From contig CAYPLR010000001.1 in NCBI GenBank assembly GCA_964411675.1, forward strand, positions 14,559 to 78,558: a stretch of 64,000 bases of DNA, in the 5' to 3' direction. The DNA comes from an uncultured Bacteroidales bacterium (lineage in GTDB: Bacteria > Bacillota_I > Bacilli_A > ML615J-28 > CAG-698). The notes beneath the pieces are model-generated. The model did no database searches, was not told the DNA's origin, and was given only the letters and a program-made list of their open reading frames with translations. Positions 48,129 through 57,978 of this stretch are shown in pieces (within the stretch, counting starts at the first letter, position 1; each line of letters starts with the position of its first letter). The translations under genes were made by a program, and so were the position numbers.

Positions 48129-48953
48129 TTATCCACCTACACTAGTGACATGTTTGATGGTTTGTTTAAATGTTAAACCAGCAAGCAAGTTAAAAACAAT
48201 TGCCCATCCAAATTGAATGAGGATTTTTATTAAAGTTTCTGTGATTCCATATTTCCCCATTAAAATATAATTAGGAGTTTGAAGAATAGAGGTAAAGGGA
48301 AGGATATTTAAAACTGTTTGTATTTTTTCAGGGAAAAAGGCGATTGGTAAATAACCCCCCGACAAAAACATCAACAATTCATTTTTAATCATTCCAATTC
48401 CAAACAACGCTCCGGTATAAAAAGCAAGTTGCCCAATCATAAAATTAAAAGAAGAGATAATTAAAAGTGATGCGAAGCTGCTTAATAAAAAGAAGAGAAT
48501 ATTGTACCAGATTGGAAATTCAGAACCAACAACGAAATGTAAGATTGTGACGCTAAGTAGATAAATAGGAATAAAGGCAATGATCATGATTCCAAAGAAG
48601 TTTCCTATGTCCATGGTCATTAGACGCTTTCGGTAATCAATGGGGCGAATAAGATTGTTAGCAATATAGCCATAGCGAATATCTTCACCAATTTGCCAGA
48701 AACTATCTCCCGAAAAAACTAGTTGAGAAACAATTCGAGCGCTAATTAAATAGGTAAGCATCATTGGCATAGTAAAGCCATTGATTTCTGTGGTTGGGGA
48801 ATATTGATAAATGGCGATCCATAAGAAGCAAAGAATAACAATTTGAATAAAATCACCAAGTATCCATCCGAAAATTGAGAACTTATAAGAAAAGGCTTGA
48901 AGAATACCGCCTTTAATGAAAGCAAAATACTTTTTAAACGGATTTTTCTTCAT
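48129..48953 (-). CDS. ABC-2 type transporter permease (COG4587-like)
   Basis: 274 aa with 6 TM helices. Confidence 0.65.
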   Translation of the reverse strand: MKKNPFKKYFAFIKGGILQAFSYKFSIFGWILGDFIQIVILCFLWIAIYQYSPTTEINGFTMPMMLTYLISARIVSQLVFSGDSFWQIGEDIRYGYIANNLIRPIDYRKRLMTMDIGNFFGIMIIAFIPIYLLSVTILHFVVGSEFPIWYNILFFLLSSFASLLIISSFNFMIGQLAFYTGALFGIGMIKNELLMFLSGGYLPIAFFPEKIQTVLNILPFTSILQTPNYILMGKYGITETLIKILIQFGWAIVFNLLAGLTFKQTIKHVTSVGG

Positions 48954-49929
48954 ATATTTTCTTTACAACACTTTCAATGGTGTTTTCGGTGATTTTAAAA
49001 TCTTTAACTTTACAATTTTGAAATATGTAATTAACAATATCATTGATACTCAATATAGTAGCATCAAAAGATATGATTAAAAAGTTTTCATCTTTTTCAA
49101 AGGTCAATTTATGATCAAAAGTTGCGTTGAAATTCTCTAGATTAATTCGCTCTGAAGAAGAAATATAAATATGTCTAATATCACCAAAACGATTTTTAAT
49201 ATTTTTTATCGGCCCATCGTATAAAATGTTTCCTTCATCAATGATGATAATTCTCTTACAAAGCTCAGTGATATCATTCATGTCATGAGTAGTCACTATC
49301 ACGGTTGTATTGAATTTTTTATTAATGTCCTTAATGGCTGTTAATATTTTTTCTTTTACCAGTACGTCAAGCCCAATGGTTGGTTCATCGAGAAACAATA
49401 CTTTTGGATTGTGAAGTAAACTAGCAGCTAAATCAGCACGCATTCTTTGTCCCAGGGATAAAGTCCGAGCAGGAGAATTTAAAAATTTCCCGATATCTAA
49501 TACTTCTTTGAAATATTCAAAGCGTTCATTCCATTCATCATCGGGAACTTCATAAATGAGTTTCAACAAGCGAAACGTTTCAATTAAGGGTAAGTCCCAC
49601 CACAATTGACTTCGCTGTCCAAAAACAACGCCAATGTTTTTCACAACTTTATTACGGGTTTTAGATTGATAGGGTTCTAATCCATCAATCAAAATTTGAC
49701 CACTAGTAGGGGTTAAGATTCCACACATCATTTTTATTGTAGTGGATTTACCTGCTCCATTAGAACCGATATAGCCTACAATTTCTCCTGGATTGATAGA
49801 AAAAGAGATATTATTTACCGCTACAACAGAATCATACTTGTTAGAGAAGAGAGTTTTAATCATCCCTGCAATTCCTTGTTTTCTAATTGGCTTTTTGAAA
49901 ATTTTGGTTATATTTTTTACTTCGATCAT
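48934..49929 (-). CDS. ABC transporter ATP-binding protein (COG4586-like, with C-terminal extension)
   Basis: 331 aa with Walker A GSNGAGKST, signature LSLGQRMR and Walker B LFLDEPT. Confidence 0.8.
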   Translation of the reverse strand: MIEVKNITKIFKKPIRKQGIAGMIKTLFSNKYDSVVAVNNISFSINPGEIVGYIGSNGAGKSTTIKMMCGILTPTSGQILIDGLEPYQSKTRNKVVKNIGVVFGQRSQLWWDLPLIETFRLLKLIYEVPDDEWNERFEYFKEVLDIGKFLNSPARTLSLGQRMRADLAASLLHNPKVLFLDEPTIGLDVLVKEKILTAIKDINKKFNTTVIVTTHDMNDITELCKRIIIIDEGNILYDGPIKNIKNRFGDIRHIYISSSERINLENFNATFDHKLTFEKDENFLIISFDATILSINDIVNYIFQNCKVKDFKITENTIESVVKKIYEEKSV

Positions 49930-50756
49930 TGTTTTTTCTCCTTATCTTTACCGAAGAATGAGGTATTCTCATTGAGAGTATTTAAGAACAAATCATCTTG
50001 TCCACGAACAAACAGTTTTTTACCTGTTAATTCTTGAAACATATTTTGTATTTTATATAAATAGATATCATGATGGATATGTTCACTAACAATTTTAACC
50101 ATTAAAGAATTATTGGTTACTGTTCCAATCCAATCATCATTTTTATTAACCGCACTAGCAACTAAAACCTCTTTATAATCAGAAACGACCATCAATCTTG
50201 ATGGCTTTTTAGGTCTTCCATAGCCATAAGAATAAGTTTCAATATTTAAATAAGGTAATTCCTGTAAGGAAAAACTAAAAACAATGATACGAACATTTTT
50301 ACTTGCTAGAATTTGAAATTCTTTTGAAAAGAGTTCTAAATCCAAATCACAATTTAAATAGATTTCTTTTTCTGCTTTTAATAATAACTCTTTTGCTTTT
50401 TCTAGATTGGCATCAAAATTAGCGATGTTGAAGAAGTAATTAGTATTGGCATCAGGTTTAATGTCTTGTAAGGAATCCTGTAATTCATCAAAGTTTTGAT
50501 TATAATCCTGTCGTAGTTTTCGAATCAATGTTTCGGGATTTTCAGGATAAAAAGCGTCCTTTGCGGTTGATAACTTTAATAAAAATCCTTTAGAATACAT
50601 CGATTCAACGACTGGATAAATAGAAGATCGAGAAATAGTCAATGCTTTTGCGATATAGTAAACCGTTTGCCCAGGATTTTCTAAAAGATATAAATAAATT
50701 TGTGATTCCTGACGACTCATAATTTTTTCTAGTTTATTCATGATAGATGGATTCAT
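49926..50756 (-). CDS. TrmB-like (sugar-responsive) transcriptional regulator
   Basis: 276 aa with an N-terminal winged HTH (IYLYLLENPGQTVYYIAKALTISRSSIYPVVESMYSKGFL) and a C-terminal TrmB-like effector domain. Its stop overlaps the ABC ATPase start. Confidence 0.65.
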   Translation of the reverse strand: MNPSIMNKLEKIMSRQESQIYLYLLENPGQTVYYIAKALTISRSSIYPVVESMYSKGFLLKLSTAKDAFYPENPETLIRKLRQDYNQNFDELQDSLQDIKPDANTNYFFNIANFDANLEKAKELLLKAEKEIYLNCDLDLELFSKEFQILASKNVRIIVFSFSLQELPYLNIETYSYGYGRPKKPSRLMVVSDYKEVLVASAVNKNDDWIGTVTNNSLMVKIVSEHIHHDIYLYKIQNMFQELTGKKLFVRGQDDLFLNTLNENTSFFGKDKEKKQ

Positions 50757-50769
50757 ATATAACCTCGTT

Positions 50770-50796
50770 GTCTATATTGTACAACTAATTATAGAC
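50770..50796. promoter_or_regulatory. inverted repeat gtctata-N13-tatagac around palindrome TTGTACAA in the trmB-like promoter region (candidate operator)
   Basis: Read directly from the sequence. It is located 14-40 nt upstream of the regulator's start codon. Confidence 0.4.
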
Positions 50797-50907
50797 TTGG
50801 CTAAAAGGGCTGTCAAGGCTTTTTTTTGTGAAAACTATTACATGTGTGAAAACGTTTGACAAAAACACCTATTTTATATAAAATAGAATTTATACAAGAG
50901 GTAACAT

Positions 50908-51396
50908 ATGAATACATTTGATCGCCGTTTACGGGCATTTTCTATTGATACATCTTTCACTTTTTTCTTAGTATTATGTACAATTCCTTTAAATATAGAA
51001 GCAAACATTAAAAAGTATCTGGTATTAGCCATCTACTTACTCGTTGCTTTGGTTCCTTATTTGTTTGGAACTGGTCAAAGTTTTGGAAAAAGAATCCAGA
51101 AAATTAAGATTATTAAGAATACTAAAGAATTGGTACCCACTACATTGGAAGTTCCTAATCGCTTTTATTTGGTATTAAGGGAATTTGTAAAATGTGCCTT
51201 TATTATTCTTAGCTTTGGATTATATATATTAATCGCTGGTATTGTTTCAACAAATCGTGAAGATGGAAGAACGATTCATGATTTAATCTTTAAAACTCGG
51301 GTTGTGGTACTAACAAGATATGTCACAGATCGAACAGAAATGAGAAGAACTTCATCAGCTGAAAATTCATTGAAAGGATATAGCCACAATGATTAG
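50908..51396 (+). CDS. small membrane protein (possibly RDD family)
   Basis: 162 aa with 3 TM helices and RRLRAFSIDT near the N-terminus. It overlaps the amylase start. Confidence 0.4.
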   Translation: MNTFDRRLRAFSIDTSFTFFLVLCTIPLNIEANIKKYLVLAIYLLVALVPYLFGTGQSFGKRIQKIKIIKNTKELVPTTLEVPNRFYLVLREFVKCAFIILSFGLYILIAGIVSTNREDGRTIHDLIFKTRVVVLTRYVTDRTEMRRTSSAENSLKGYSHND

Positions 51397-52981
51397 AAAA
51401 ATTACAAGTTTTATTTTAATACTATTGATTTTATTTGTATCTCAAGGCTGCAAGAAAGCACCTGATTTAACCGAGATCAACCCTCGTAATGATGTTTATT
51501 ATCAAATGCTAGTCCGTAGCTTTGCCGATAGTGATGGGGATGGTATTGGTGATTTTAACGGCATTACAGAGAAACTAGATTATTTAGCTGATTTGGGAAT
51601 CACAGGAATTTGGTTAATGCCCATTCACCCATCACCAACTTATCATGGATATGATGTAATGGACTATTATGATGTGAATCCTGAATATGGTACATTAGAA
51701 GATTTTAAAAACCTATGTCAAGAAGCGAAAGCAAAAGGAATTACCATAATGATTGACTTAGTTATTAATCATACGTCGTCCTTACATGAATGGTTTTTAA
51801 ATGCCTTGGCAGGTGATGAAAAATACAAAGATTACTATGTTTTTACTGACCAAGCGACTACAGGTAAACTAGGCAGTTGGGGACAAAATATATGGCATAG
51901 TGCCAATGGTCAAAAATATTGTGGCTATTTTTCAAATACCATGCCTGATTTGAATTTTTTTAATGAAGATGTTATTGAAGAGATTTATCATATTGGTCAG
52001 TTTTGGATTGAAAATGGAGTGGGTGGATTCCGCTTAGATGCAGCTCAACATTTCTATGGCACAAATGAATATCTTGGTTATAGTGTTGACTTTTATGATA
52101 ATATTTTATTCTTGAAAGATTTTCGTAAAAAAATGAGAGAATATGACCCCAATGTTTATATTACAGGAGAAATCAATTTATTAACCGAAAGTATTGTAAA
52201 AGAATACTTTATAGGTTTAGATTCTCCGCTTGATTTCCCAATAGCAAGTAAAGTGGTAACTGTTGGGGCTAGCAATGGAAATTTAAACTATGCAAAGAGT
52301 TTGATAAAAATATACGATTCTTATGCAGGATTGGATAGGAACTTTATTAGTGCTCCATTTTTACGGAACCACGATGAGAATCGTTTGGCAACAGAATATG
52401 ATGGAAATATGGATAAACTAAAGCTAGTTGCTGAAATGCTTATGGTTCTTCCTGGCTCACCAATTATTTATTATGGGGAAGAGCTGGGTATGTATGGATC
52501 AAAATCAAATGGTGAGATATCTAACGGAATTGCTATTTGGGATGAAACAAGAAGACTTCCTATCAATTTCGGAGACGAGTATACTACAACATGGTTTCAA
52601 GATGAAAAATTTTATGATGTGACTCGTAATAAAGAAATAAAACCAGTCAGTGAGCAGTTGTTAGATCAAGAATCTTTATTAAATACTTATCGAGCTATTA
52701 TCAAACTAAGAAATGAAAATGTTGCTTTAAAATATGGTAATTCAATCACTGCTTATGAAAATAATACGAGTCAATTGCAGGGATTTTACCGAGAATATCA
52801 ATATGAAGACATTTATCAAAAAGTATTGATTTTTCATAATTTGTCATTAACAGAACAAACATTACCGATGGTGAATGGAACCATCATTTATACTAGTGAA
52901 AGACAAGACTTAACCAATATTACAACAATCGCTCCTAAATCAACAATCGTAATTGATGTTAGTGGGGAAAAACATGATTAA
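51389..52981 (+). CDS. extracellular lipoprotein alpha-amylase (GH13)
   Basis: Lipobox LFVSQGC. GH13 regions: DLVINHTS, GGFRLDAAQH, GEINL and FLRNHDENR. Confidence 0.85.
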   Translation: MIRKITSFILILLILFVSQGCKKAPDLTEINPRNDVYYQMLVRSFADSDGDGIGDFNGITEKLDYLADLGITGIWLMPIHPSPTYHGYDVMDYYDVNPEYGTLEDFKNLCQEAKAKGITIMIDLVINHTSSLHEWFLNALAGDEKYKDYYVFTDQATTGKLGSWGQNIWHSANGQKYCGYFSNTMPDLNFFNEDVIEEIYHIGQFWIENGVGGFRLDAAQHFYGTNEYLGYSVDFYDNILFLKDFRKKMREYDPNVYITGEINLLTESIVKEYFIGLDSPLDFPIASKVVTVGASNGNLNYAKSLIKIYDSYAGLDRNFISAPFLRNHDENRLATEYDGNMDKLKLVAEMLMVLPGSPIIYYGEELGMYGSKSNGEISNGIAIWDETRRLPINFGDEYTTTWFQDEKFYDVTRNKEIKPVSEQLLDQESLLNTYRAIIKLRNENVALKYGNSITAYENNTSQLQGFYREYQYEDIYQKVLIFHNLSLTEQTLPMVNGTIIYTSERQDLTNITTIAPKSTIVIDVSGEKHD

Positions 52982-53894
52982 AATCTTTATCAATAGTTTT
53001 TCTTTTAGAAAAATATTTCAAAATGGAAATGCTTCTTGGAAACATATTATTGCTTATTTTTTGCTCATTGTTTTAATTACTAGTTTTCCATTAAACTATC
53101 AAATTTTTCAAAATGATGGTTGGAAAGGCTTAAACACCATTACGATGGGAATTCGAGAGGTTACCCCTAGTTGGTTTCCCAACGAATTACCCAATGATGT
53201 CGCCCTTTCTAAAAGTGGTTTATATACTCCTGTAGAAACATCTTATTATTATGAAGCTACACTACCGGATAATACGAGTTATCAATTTGTGATTAATCCA
53301 CAGAGTGTAAATGAAAAAGATGATTTTACAACTGTTTATACAGAAGAAGGAATCGCGACAAAAGATACGAATGGAGTTACAATCATCACTCCTTACCAAA
53401 AAGCAATTGTGCTTTGCAAAGATAGAATGTTATATTATGATAATTCTAAGGAACCGATAGTGGGTAACTATAACCATATTGAAGAAGTGGTTCATTTTAC
53501 TGAATTAAAAAGCATGGAAAAATTTGCCGCTTTAACATTATTACTGGATGCAATTGATGGAGGCTTTAATCAGTATATGGTTTTTTCAAATATTCTGATT
53601 AACACATTAACACAGTTATCGATGAACTTAATTATGATTGTGATCATTGCAGCGATATTCTTACTCATTAGAATCAAGTATAAGAAAGTGACCAATTATC
53701 ATCAAAACATAGGAATCTTAACTTCTGCTATGACCATTCCTTCTATTTTAAGTTTTATTATTGGTATTATTGGAATGATTGAAATCAATTCTTTTGGCGT
53801 TGTATTGTTTCAATTATTGACTCCACTAATTGCCATAGGAGCGATTTATTTAGGCTCTGGAGAAAAAGACATCAGTATTAAATATACTGCGTAA
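52974..53894 (+). CDS. DUF1189/YvdJ-like membrane protein (maltodextrin-locus associated)
   Basis: ATG at 52974 follows gtgggga; the track start is TTG. There are TM helices at the N- and C-termini. Its position after the amylase resembles yvdJ of the B. subtilis mdx operon. Confidence 0.45.
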   Translation: MIKIFINSFSFRKIFQNGNASWKHIIAYFLLIVLITSFPLNYQIFQNDGWKGLNTITMGIREVTPSWFPNELPNDVALSKSGLYTPVETSYYYEATLPDNTSYQFVINPQSVNEKDDFTTVYTEEGIATKDTNGVTIITPYQKAIVLCKDRMLYYDNSKEPIVGNYNHIEEVVHFTELKSMEKFAALTLLLDAIDGGFNQYMVFSNILINTLTQLSMNLIMIVIIAAIFLLIRIKYKKVTNYHQNIGILTSAMTIPSILSFIIGIIGMIEINSFGVVLFQLLTPLIAIGAIYLGSGEKDISIKYTA

Positions 53895-53921
53895 TCTTAT
53901 CAAGAAAATGGAAAGAAGAAC

Positions 53922-54914
53922 ATGAAAAAATGGATTGAATACCAATTGAAAAATAAACAGTTAACAATGCCAATATTAACATTTCCTTGTACTCAGTTGA
54001 TCAATTGTACAGTTGATCAATTGGTTCATGATAGTGATTTACAAGCACAAGGAATGGCAGAAATCGCAAAAAGATATCCTATGAGTGCTTGTTTGACGAT
54101 GATGGATTTATCGGTAGAAGCAGAAGCCTTTGGTGCCGAAGTTAGATTTTCCTCAACGGAAGTACCAACTGTGGTTGGCTCGTTACTAGCTAATATCGAT
54201 GCAGCAAAAGAATTAAAAATTCCGAAAGTTGGAGAGAAACGAACAAAAACATATTTGGACGCCGTCGAAAAAGTGAAAAAAATGGTAGTTGATCGTCCTA
54301 TATTTGCTGGGGTTACTGGCCCATTTACGCTAGCGGGTAGATTAATGGATATGACAGAAATCATGGTTAATTGTTATCTCGATCCTGAATTTGTTCATTT
54401 AACGTTAGAAAAAATGGTAGAGTTTTTAATCTCATATATTTTAGAGTATAAAAAGCGAGGAGCCAATGGAATTATTATGGCTGAACCTGCAGCTGGTTTA
54501 CTTTCCCCTAATTTATGCGAAGAATTTTCTTCAAAGTATATAAAGAGAATTAAAGAGGCTGTTGGGGATGATGAATTTATTTTTATTTATCATAATTGTG
54601 GGAATGTAAAACCATTGTTACAAAGTATTTTTACCATTGGTGCAGATGCTTACCACTTTGGGAATGCTACGAATCTAGTAGATGTATTAGTGAATTCTCC
54701 TAAAGATGTTCTGATTATGGGAAATATTCATCCTGTCCATGAGTTTGATAAAGGAACCCCTGAAAGTATGAAACAAGCAGTCACTACCTTATTAGACGTT
54801 TGTAATCAATACCATAATTTTGTAATCTCTTCAGGATGTGATATTCCTGCTCAAAGTAAATTAGAAAATATTGATGCTTATTTTAAGGAAATCACACATT
54901 ACTATCAAAAGTAG
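53922..54914 (+). CDS. uroporphyrinogen-decarboxylase (URO-D) family protein, MtaA/CmuA-like
   Basis: 330 aa. Its length and N-terminal pattern (MPILTFPCTQL...MDLSVEAEAFGAEV) fit the URO-D/MtaA superfamily. Confidence 0.55.
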   Translation: MKKWIEYQLKNKQLTMPILTFPCTQLINCTVDQLVHDSDLQAQGMAEIAKRYPMSACLTMMDLSVEAEAFGAEVRFSSTEVPTVVGSLLANIDAAKELKIPKVGEKRTKTYLDAVEKVKKMVVDRPIFAGVTGPFTLAGRLMDMTEIMVNCYLDPEFVHLTLEKMVEFLISYILEYKKRGANGIIMAEPAAGLLSPNLCEEFSSKYIKRIKEAVGDDEFIFIYHNCGNVKPLLQSIFTIGADAYHFGNATNLVDVLVNSPKDVLIMGNIHPVHEFDKGTPESMKQAVTTLLDVCNQYHNFVISSGCDIPAQSKLENIDAYFKEITHYYQK

Positions 54915-54942
54915 AGTTTTCTCTATGGATAGAAAAATACAA

Positions 54943-54985
54943 TAAAAAAAGTCCATCAGAATACAAACTGATGGACTTTACTTTA
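54943..54985. terminator. bidirectional terminator between convergent genes
   Basis: aagtccatcag-atacaaa-ctgatggactt. Confidence 0.8.
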
Positions 54986-57784
54986 TTAGTCAATGATAAA
55001 AAATTTTTTTCTACGGAAGAAAGTCAATATAAACAAAGCCATGGACATTGATACATAATTGATGATGCTTCCTGAAGCACAACTTGAGCATCCTGGTGCA
55101 ATTATTCTTTCTCCTTGATATAAAATCACTGTTTCTGAAGCAAAGATATTGATTGTTGATCCTTCTTCATAGGTTTTAAAAGAAGTGGTCGAAACTTTTG
55201 TATTGTTAGCGACTAAATTCCATACTCCAGCAGGAAGATTCACAGTAACTAATTGTTTGTTACAATTATTATGGATGACTAAGATGGTTCCCCACGTATC
55301 ATTATTTGCATAATTAGAAATCGTATAAGCAATAACGCCTTCCACATCTTCATATAAGAAATCAACATGATTAATCACTTCTTCAGCTGTGGTTATTCTA
55401 AATGCAGGATGAGCTTTCCGTAAAGAAATCAATCCTTTATAGTATTCAAAGCAAGCTAAGTTTTCTTCTTTTGCTTTTAAATCCCAACGTAATTGATTGG
55501 TTGAATCAGGAGATTCATAAGAGTTTCCATCATATCCACCTCCTACTTTTGGTTTTGAGCGCAAAAATTCAACACCAGCATGTAAGAAAACAATTCCTTG
55601 GGAAGTAAGAACGATTGCATTTGCTTGCTTTTGCATGTCATCGCGTAAGTCTCTTTGTTTTGATGTTGTAGATAAGATGATTTTATCGTATAAAGTATTA
55701 TTATCATGAGCACTTACATAATTGATTGTTTTTGTTGGAGAGGTATGCCAGAACATCGTATTAGATAAACCCTTGCTGGTTACATCAGGATGTTCAACAC
55801 CACCAACAATACCATATTTTACTTTATTGATCACATCACTTTTTACATTTCCTTGAATGAAACCTTTGTCAGTACCAGCAAAGACAGAACCTTTGATACC
55901 ATCACGAATTTCATCATTAAAAGCACCAACACTAGGCATATCGACTAAGTTAATTTTATCAGCAGCAATTGTTGTATCAATTGGTGTAGCTCCACCATTC
56001 CATGGCTCACCATAAATTAAAATATTTTCATCAATTTCATGAAGCTTTTGTACAATTAAATTCATCGTAGTAACATCGTGAAGAGCCATCAAGTCAAATC
56101 GGAAGCCTGATAGATTGTATTCTGTCGCCCAAAACACAACAGAATCAACCATGAATTTTCTCATCATATATCGTTCTGATGCCGTTTCATTACCGGTTCC
56201 ACTACCATTACTGAAAGATCCATCGTCATTCATTCTAAAATAATAACCAGGAAGAATCAAATTGAAGTTTGAATCTGCACTTTTTCCTGTATGATTATAA
56301 ACTACATCCATGATGACACCGATGTTATTATTATTGAAAGCTGTTGTTGTTTGCTTTAATTCTATCACACGTTTCATACCATCAAATGGATTGGTAGAGT
56401 AAGATCCTTCAGGAACATTGAAATTGATTGGCATATAACCCCAATTGAAGCTATTTTTTGGATCAGCTTCATCGATAACTCCAAAATCAAACATAGGTAG
56501 CAACTGTACATGGGTAACACCCAATTCTTTAATATGGTCAAATCCAGTGGTAACCCCTTCATAGGTAGTACCTTCCACTGTTAATCCTAAGAATTTTCCA
56601 CGATATTCTTCAGGACCATTCCAGCTTGTATGAGTTGTTAAGTCACGAACATGGAGTTCATAAATAATAGCATCGGTTGGAGAGGATATATTGTTTGCTC
56701 GTTTTTGATAAGCAAATCCTTCTGGATTAATTTTTTCAAAATCAATAATCAATCCTCGTAATCCATTAACTCCAGCACTTTTTGCATAAGGATCAATGAC
56801 TTCACTGGTTGTTAAGCCATTGGTAACTGAATAGGTATAATAGGTTCCATGTAAGTTACTTGGAAGACTAATTTGCCAAGTACCTTTCATGCTTTTTACC
56901 ATATTGATTGTTTCATCTGGTTTGTTAGTACCACCATTTTCTTCTGGAGTTCCAGTAGAATATAAATTTAAAACGACTTTACTTGATATGGGTGCCCACA
57001 AACGGAAGGATGTTGAATTCTCTTTTACAACAACTCCTAGATCATCACCATCATAAGCATAGGCTTCTTCAAAAGCAGGAGAATCATAAATTCCATCATA
57101 GGTAATCTGATAGGACTTTAAACCATCTGGAAGTTTTGCTTTTAGAATATAAGATTTGTTGAAATCTAAAATACTACTGATTTTGATTTCACCATTGATT
57201 CCATTGATTGTTGTCGTGTAATCTTTTGGTTCAATACCATCAATTTCTAAGTGTATGGCATCTGGTTCAACAACCGTTGTTAATGAAAAGACAATCGTTG
57301 TTTCTTCTTTAAAAAAAGCATACCTGATTTTATCTGTTTTATCTGGCCCGTTTGGGTCATCTATACTTGTTCCAATTCTTTCATCAGCTTCTACCAAATA
57401 TACATGCATAATTCCATCCTCACTACTTTCTTTTATAGTTATAAAACGATCTGCACTTACATCCTTAATCCAGGAATCTCCTTTTCGAACAATAAAACCG
57501 ATTACTGTGCTATCTTTTAGGATATCTATTGTTAAATCAATGGTAGCAACAGCACCAAAATCATCGAGAATGATTTTATCATTTTCATCAACGTCAAACT
57601 TATAGGCTGCTCCTTCTTTGTTTGATGGGGCTTTTTGCCAAATCCATAAATCCCAACCATCTTTATAATCAGCATTATACCGAAAGTAATGAACCTTTAA
57701 GGTTACTACCGGAGTATCAGCTTTTACAATAGCTGGTGTTAGAAGTAGGAAAAAAGCACTAATAATTAGTAATATTTTTTTCAT
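54986..57784 (-). CDS. cell-surface type I pullulanase (tandem CBM41, CBM48, GH13_14) with C-terminal hydrophobic anchor
   Basis: Track start 57796 is TTG. ATG at 57784 follows GGAGG. Signal peptide MKKILLIISAFFLLLTPAIVKA. CBM41-like VHYFRYNADY...W.LWIW. GH13 regions: DVVYNHTG, GFRFDLMAL, YGEPWNGG and YVSAHDNNTLYD. The C-terminus is APGCSSCASGS followed by TM and RRKK. Confidence 0.88.
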   Translation of the reverse strand: MKKILLIISAFFLLLTPAIVKADTPVVTLKVHYFRYNADYKDGWDLWIWQKAPSNKEGAAYKFDVDENDKIILDDFGAVATIDLTIDILKDSTVIGFIVRKGDSWIKDVSADRFITIKESSEDGIMHVYLVEADERIGTSIDDPNGPDKTDKIRYAFFKEETTIVFSLTTVVEPDAIHLEIDGIEPKDYTTTINGINGEIKISSILDFNKSYILKAKLPDGLKSYQITYDGIYDSPAFEEAYAYDGDDLGVVVKENSTSFRLWAPISSKVVLNLYSTGTPEENGGTNKPDETINMVKSMKGTWQISLPSNLHGTYYTYSVTNGLTTSEVIDPYAKSAGVNGLRGLIIDFEKINPEGFAYQKRANNISSPTDAIIYELHVRDLTTHTSWNGPEEYRGKFLGLTVEGTTYEGVTTGFDHIKELGVTHVQLLPMFDFGVIDEADPKNSFNWGYMPINFNVPEGSYSTNPFDGMKRVIELKQTTTAFNNNNIGVIMDVVYNHTGKSADSNFNLILPGYYFRMNDDGSFSNGSGTGNETASERYMMRKFMVDSVVFWATEYNLSGFRFDLMALHDVTTMNLIVQKLHEIDENILIYGEPWNGGATPIDTTIAADKINLVDMPSVGAFNDEIRDGIKGSVFAGTDKGFIQGNVKSDVINKVKYGIVGGVEHPDVTSKGLSNTMFWHTSPTKTINYVSAHDNNTLYDKIILSTTSKQRDLRDDMQKQANAIVLTSQGIVFLHAGVEFLRSKPKVGGGYDGNSYESPDSTNQLRWDLKAKEENLACFEYYKGLISLRKAHPAFRITTAEEVINHVDFLYEDVEGVIAYTISNYANNDTWGTILVIHNNCNKQLVTVNLPAGVWNLVANNTKVSTTSFKTYEEGSTINIFASETVILYQGERIIAPGCSSCASGSIINYVSMSMALFILTFFRRKKFFIID

Positions 57785-57854
57785 AAAAACCTCCAAGTTT
57801 GTAATATCTAAAAAATACTTATAAATATATGATACAACAACTGATTTTTATAAT

Positions 57855-57898
57855 CAAGCGTTTTCAATGTGTAAACCATTACACAGTAAAAACGCTTG
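57855..57898. repeat. 44-nt imperfect inverted repeat (two inverted CAAGCGTTTT arms plus inner tgtgtaa/ttacaca) in divergent promoter region
   Basis: caagcgttttcaatgtgtaa-acca-ttacacagtaaaaacgcttg, read directly from the sequence. It overlaps the -35 of the downstream promoter. Confidence 0.6.
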
Positions 57899-57924
57899 CA
57901 AGAAATGAGATTTCTTGTTATAAT
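57896..57924 (+). promoter_or_regulatory. promoter of the CBM41-protein/MBP/permease operon (TTGCAA, 17 nt, TGtTATAAT)
   Basis: -35 at 57896-57901 and extended -10 at 57916-57924. The spacer contains a second small IR, caagaaat-gag-atttcttg. Confidence 0.5.
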
Positions 57925-57978
57925 AAATAAAAGACGATAAGTTCTTTAATGAGTACACATTTTATCAAGGAGGAGAAA

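Noticed and set aside
57855-57874. Tried to read the CAAGCGTTTTCA half-sites as a LacI/CcpA-type 14-mer (TGnAAnCGnTTnCA).
   Set aside because: Only the right half (CGTTTTCA) fits. The left half (TCAAG) does not, so I report it only as an inverted repeat and not as a typed operator.
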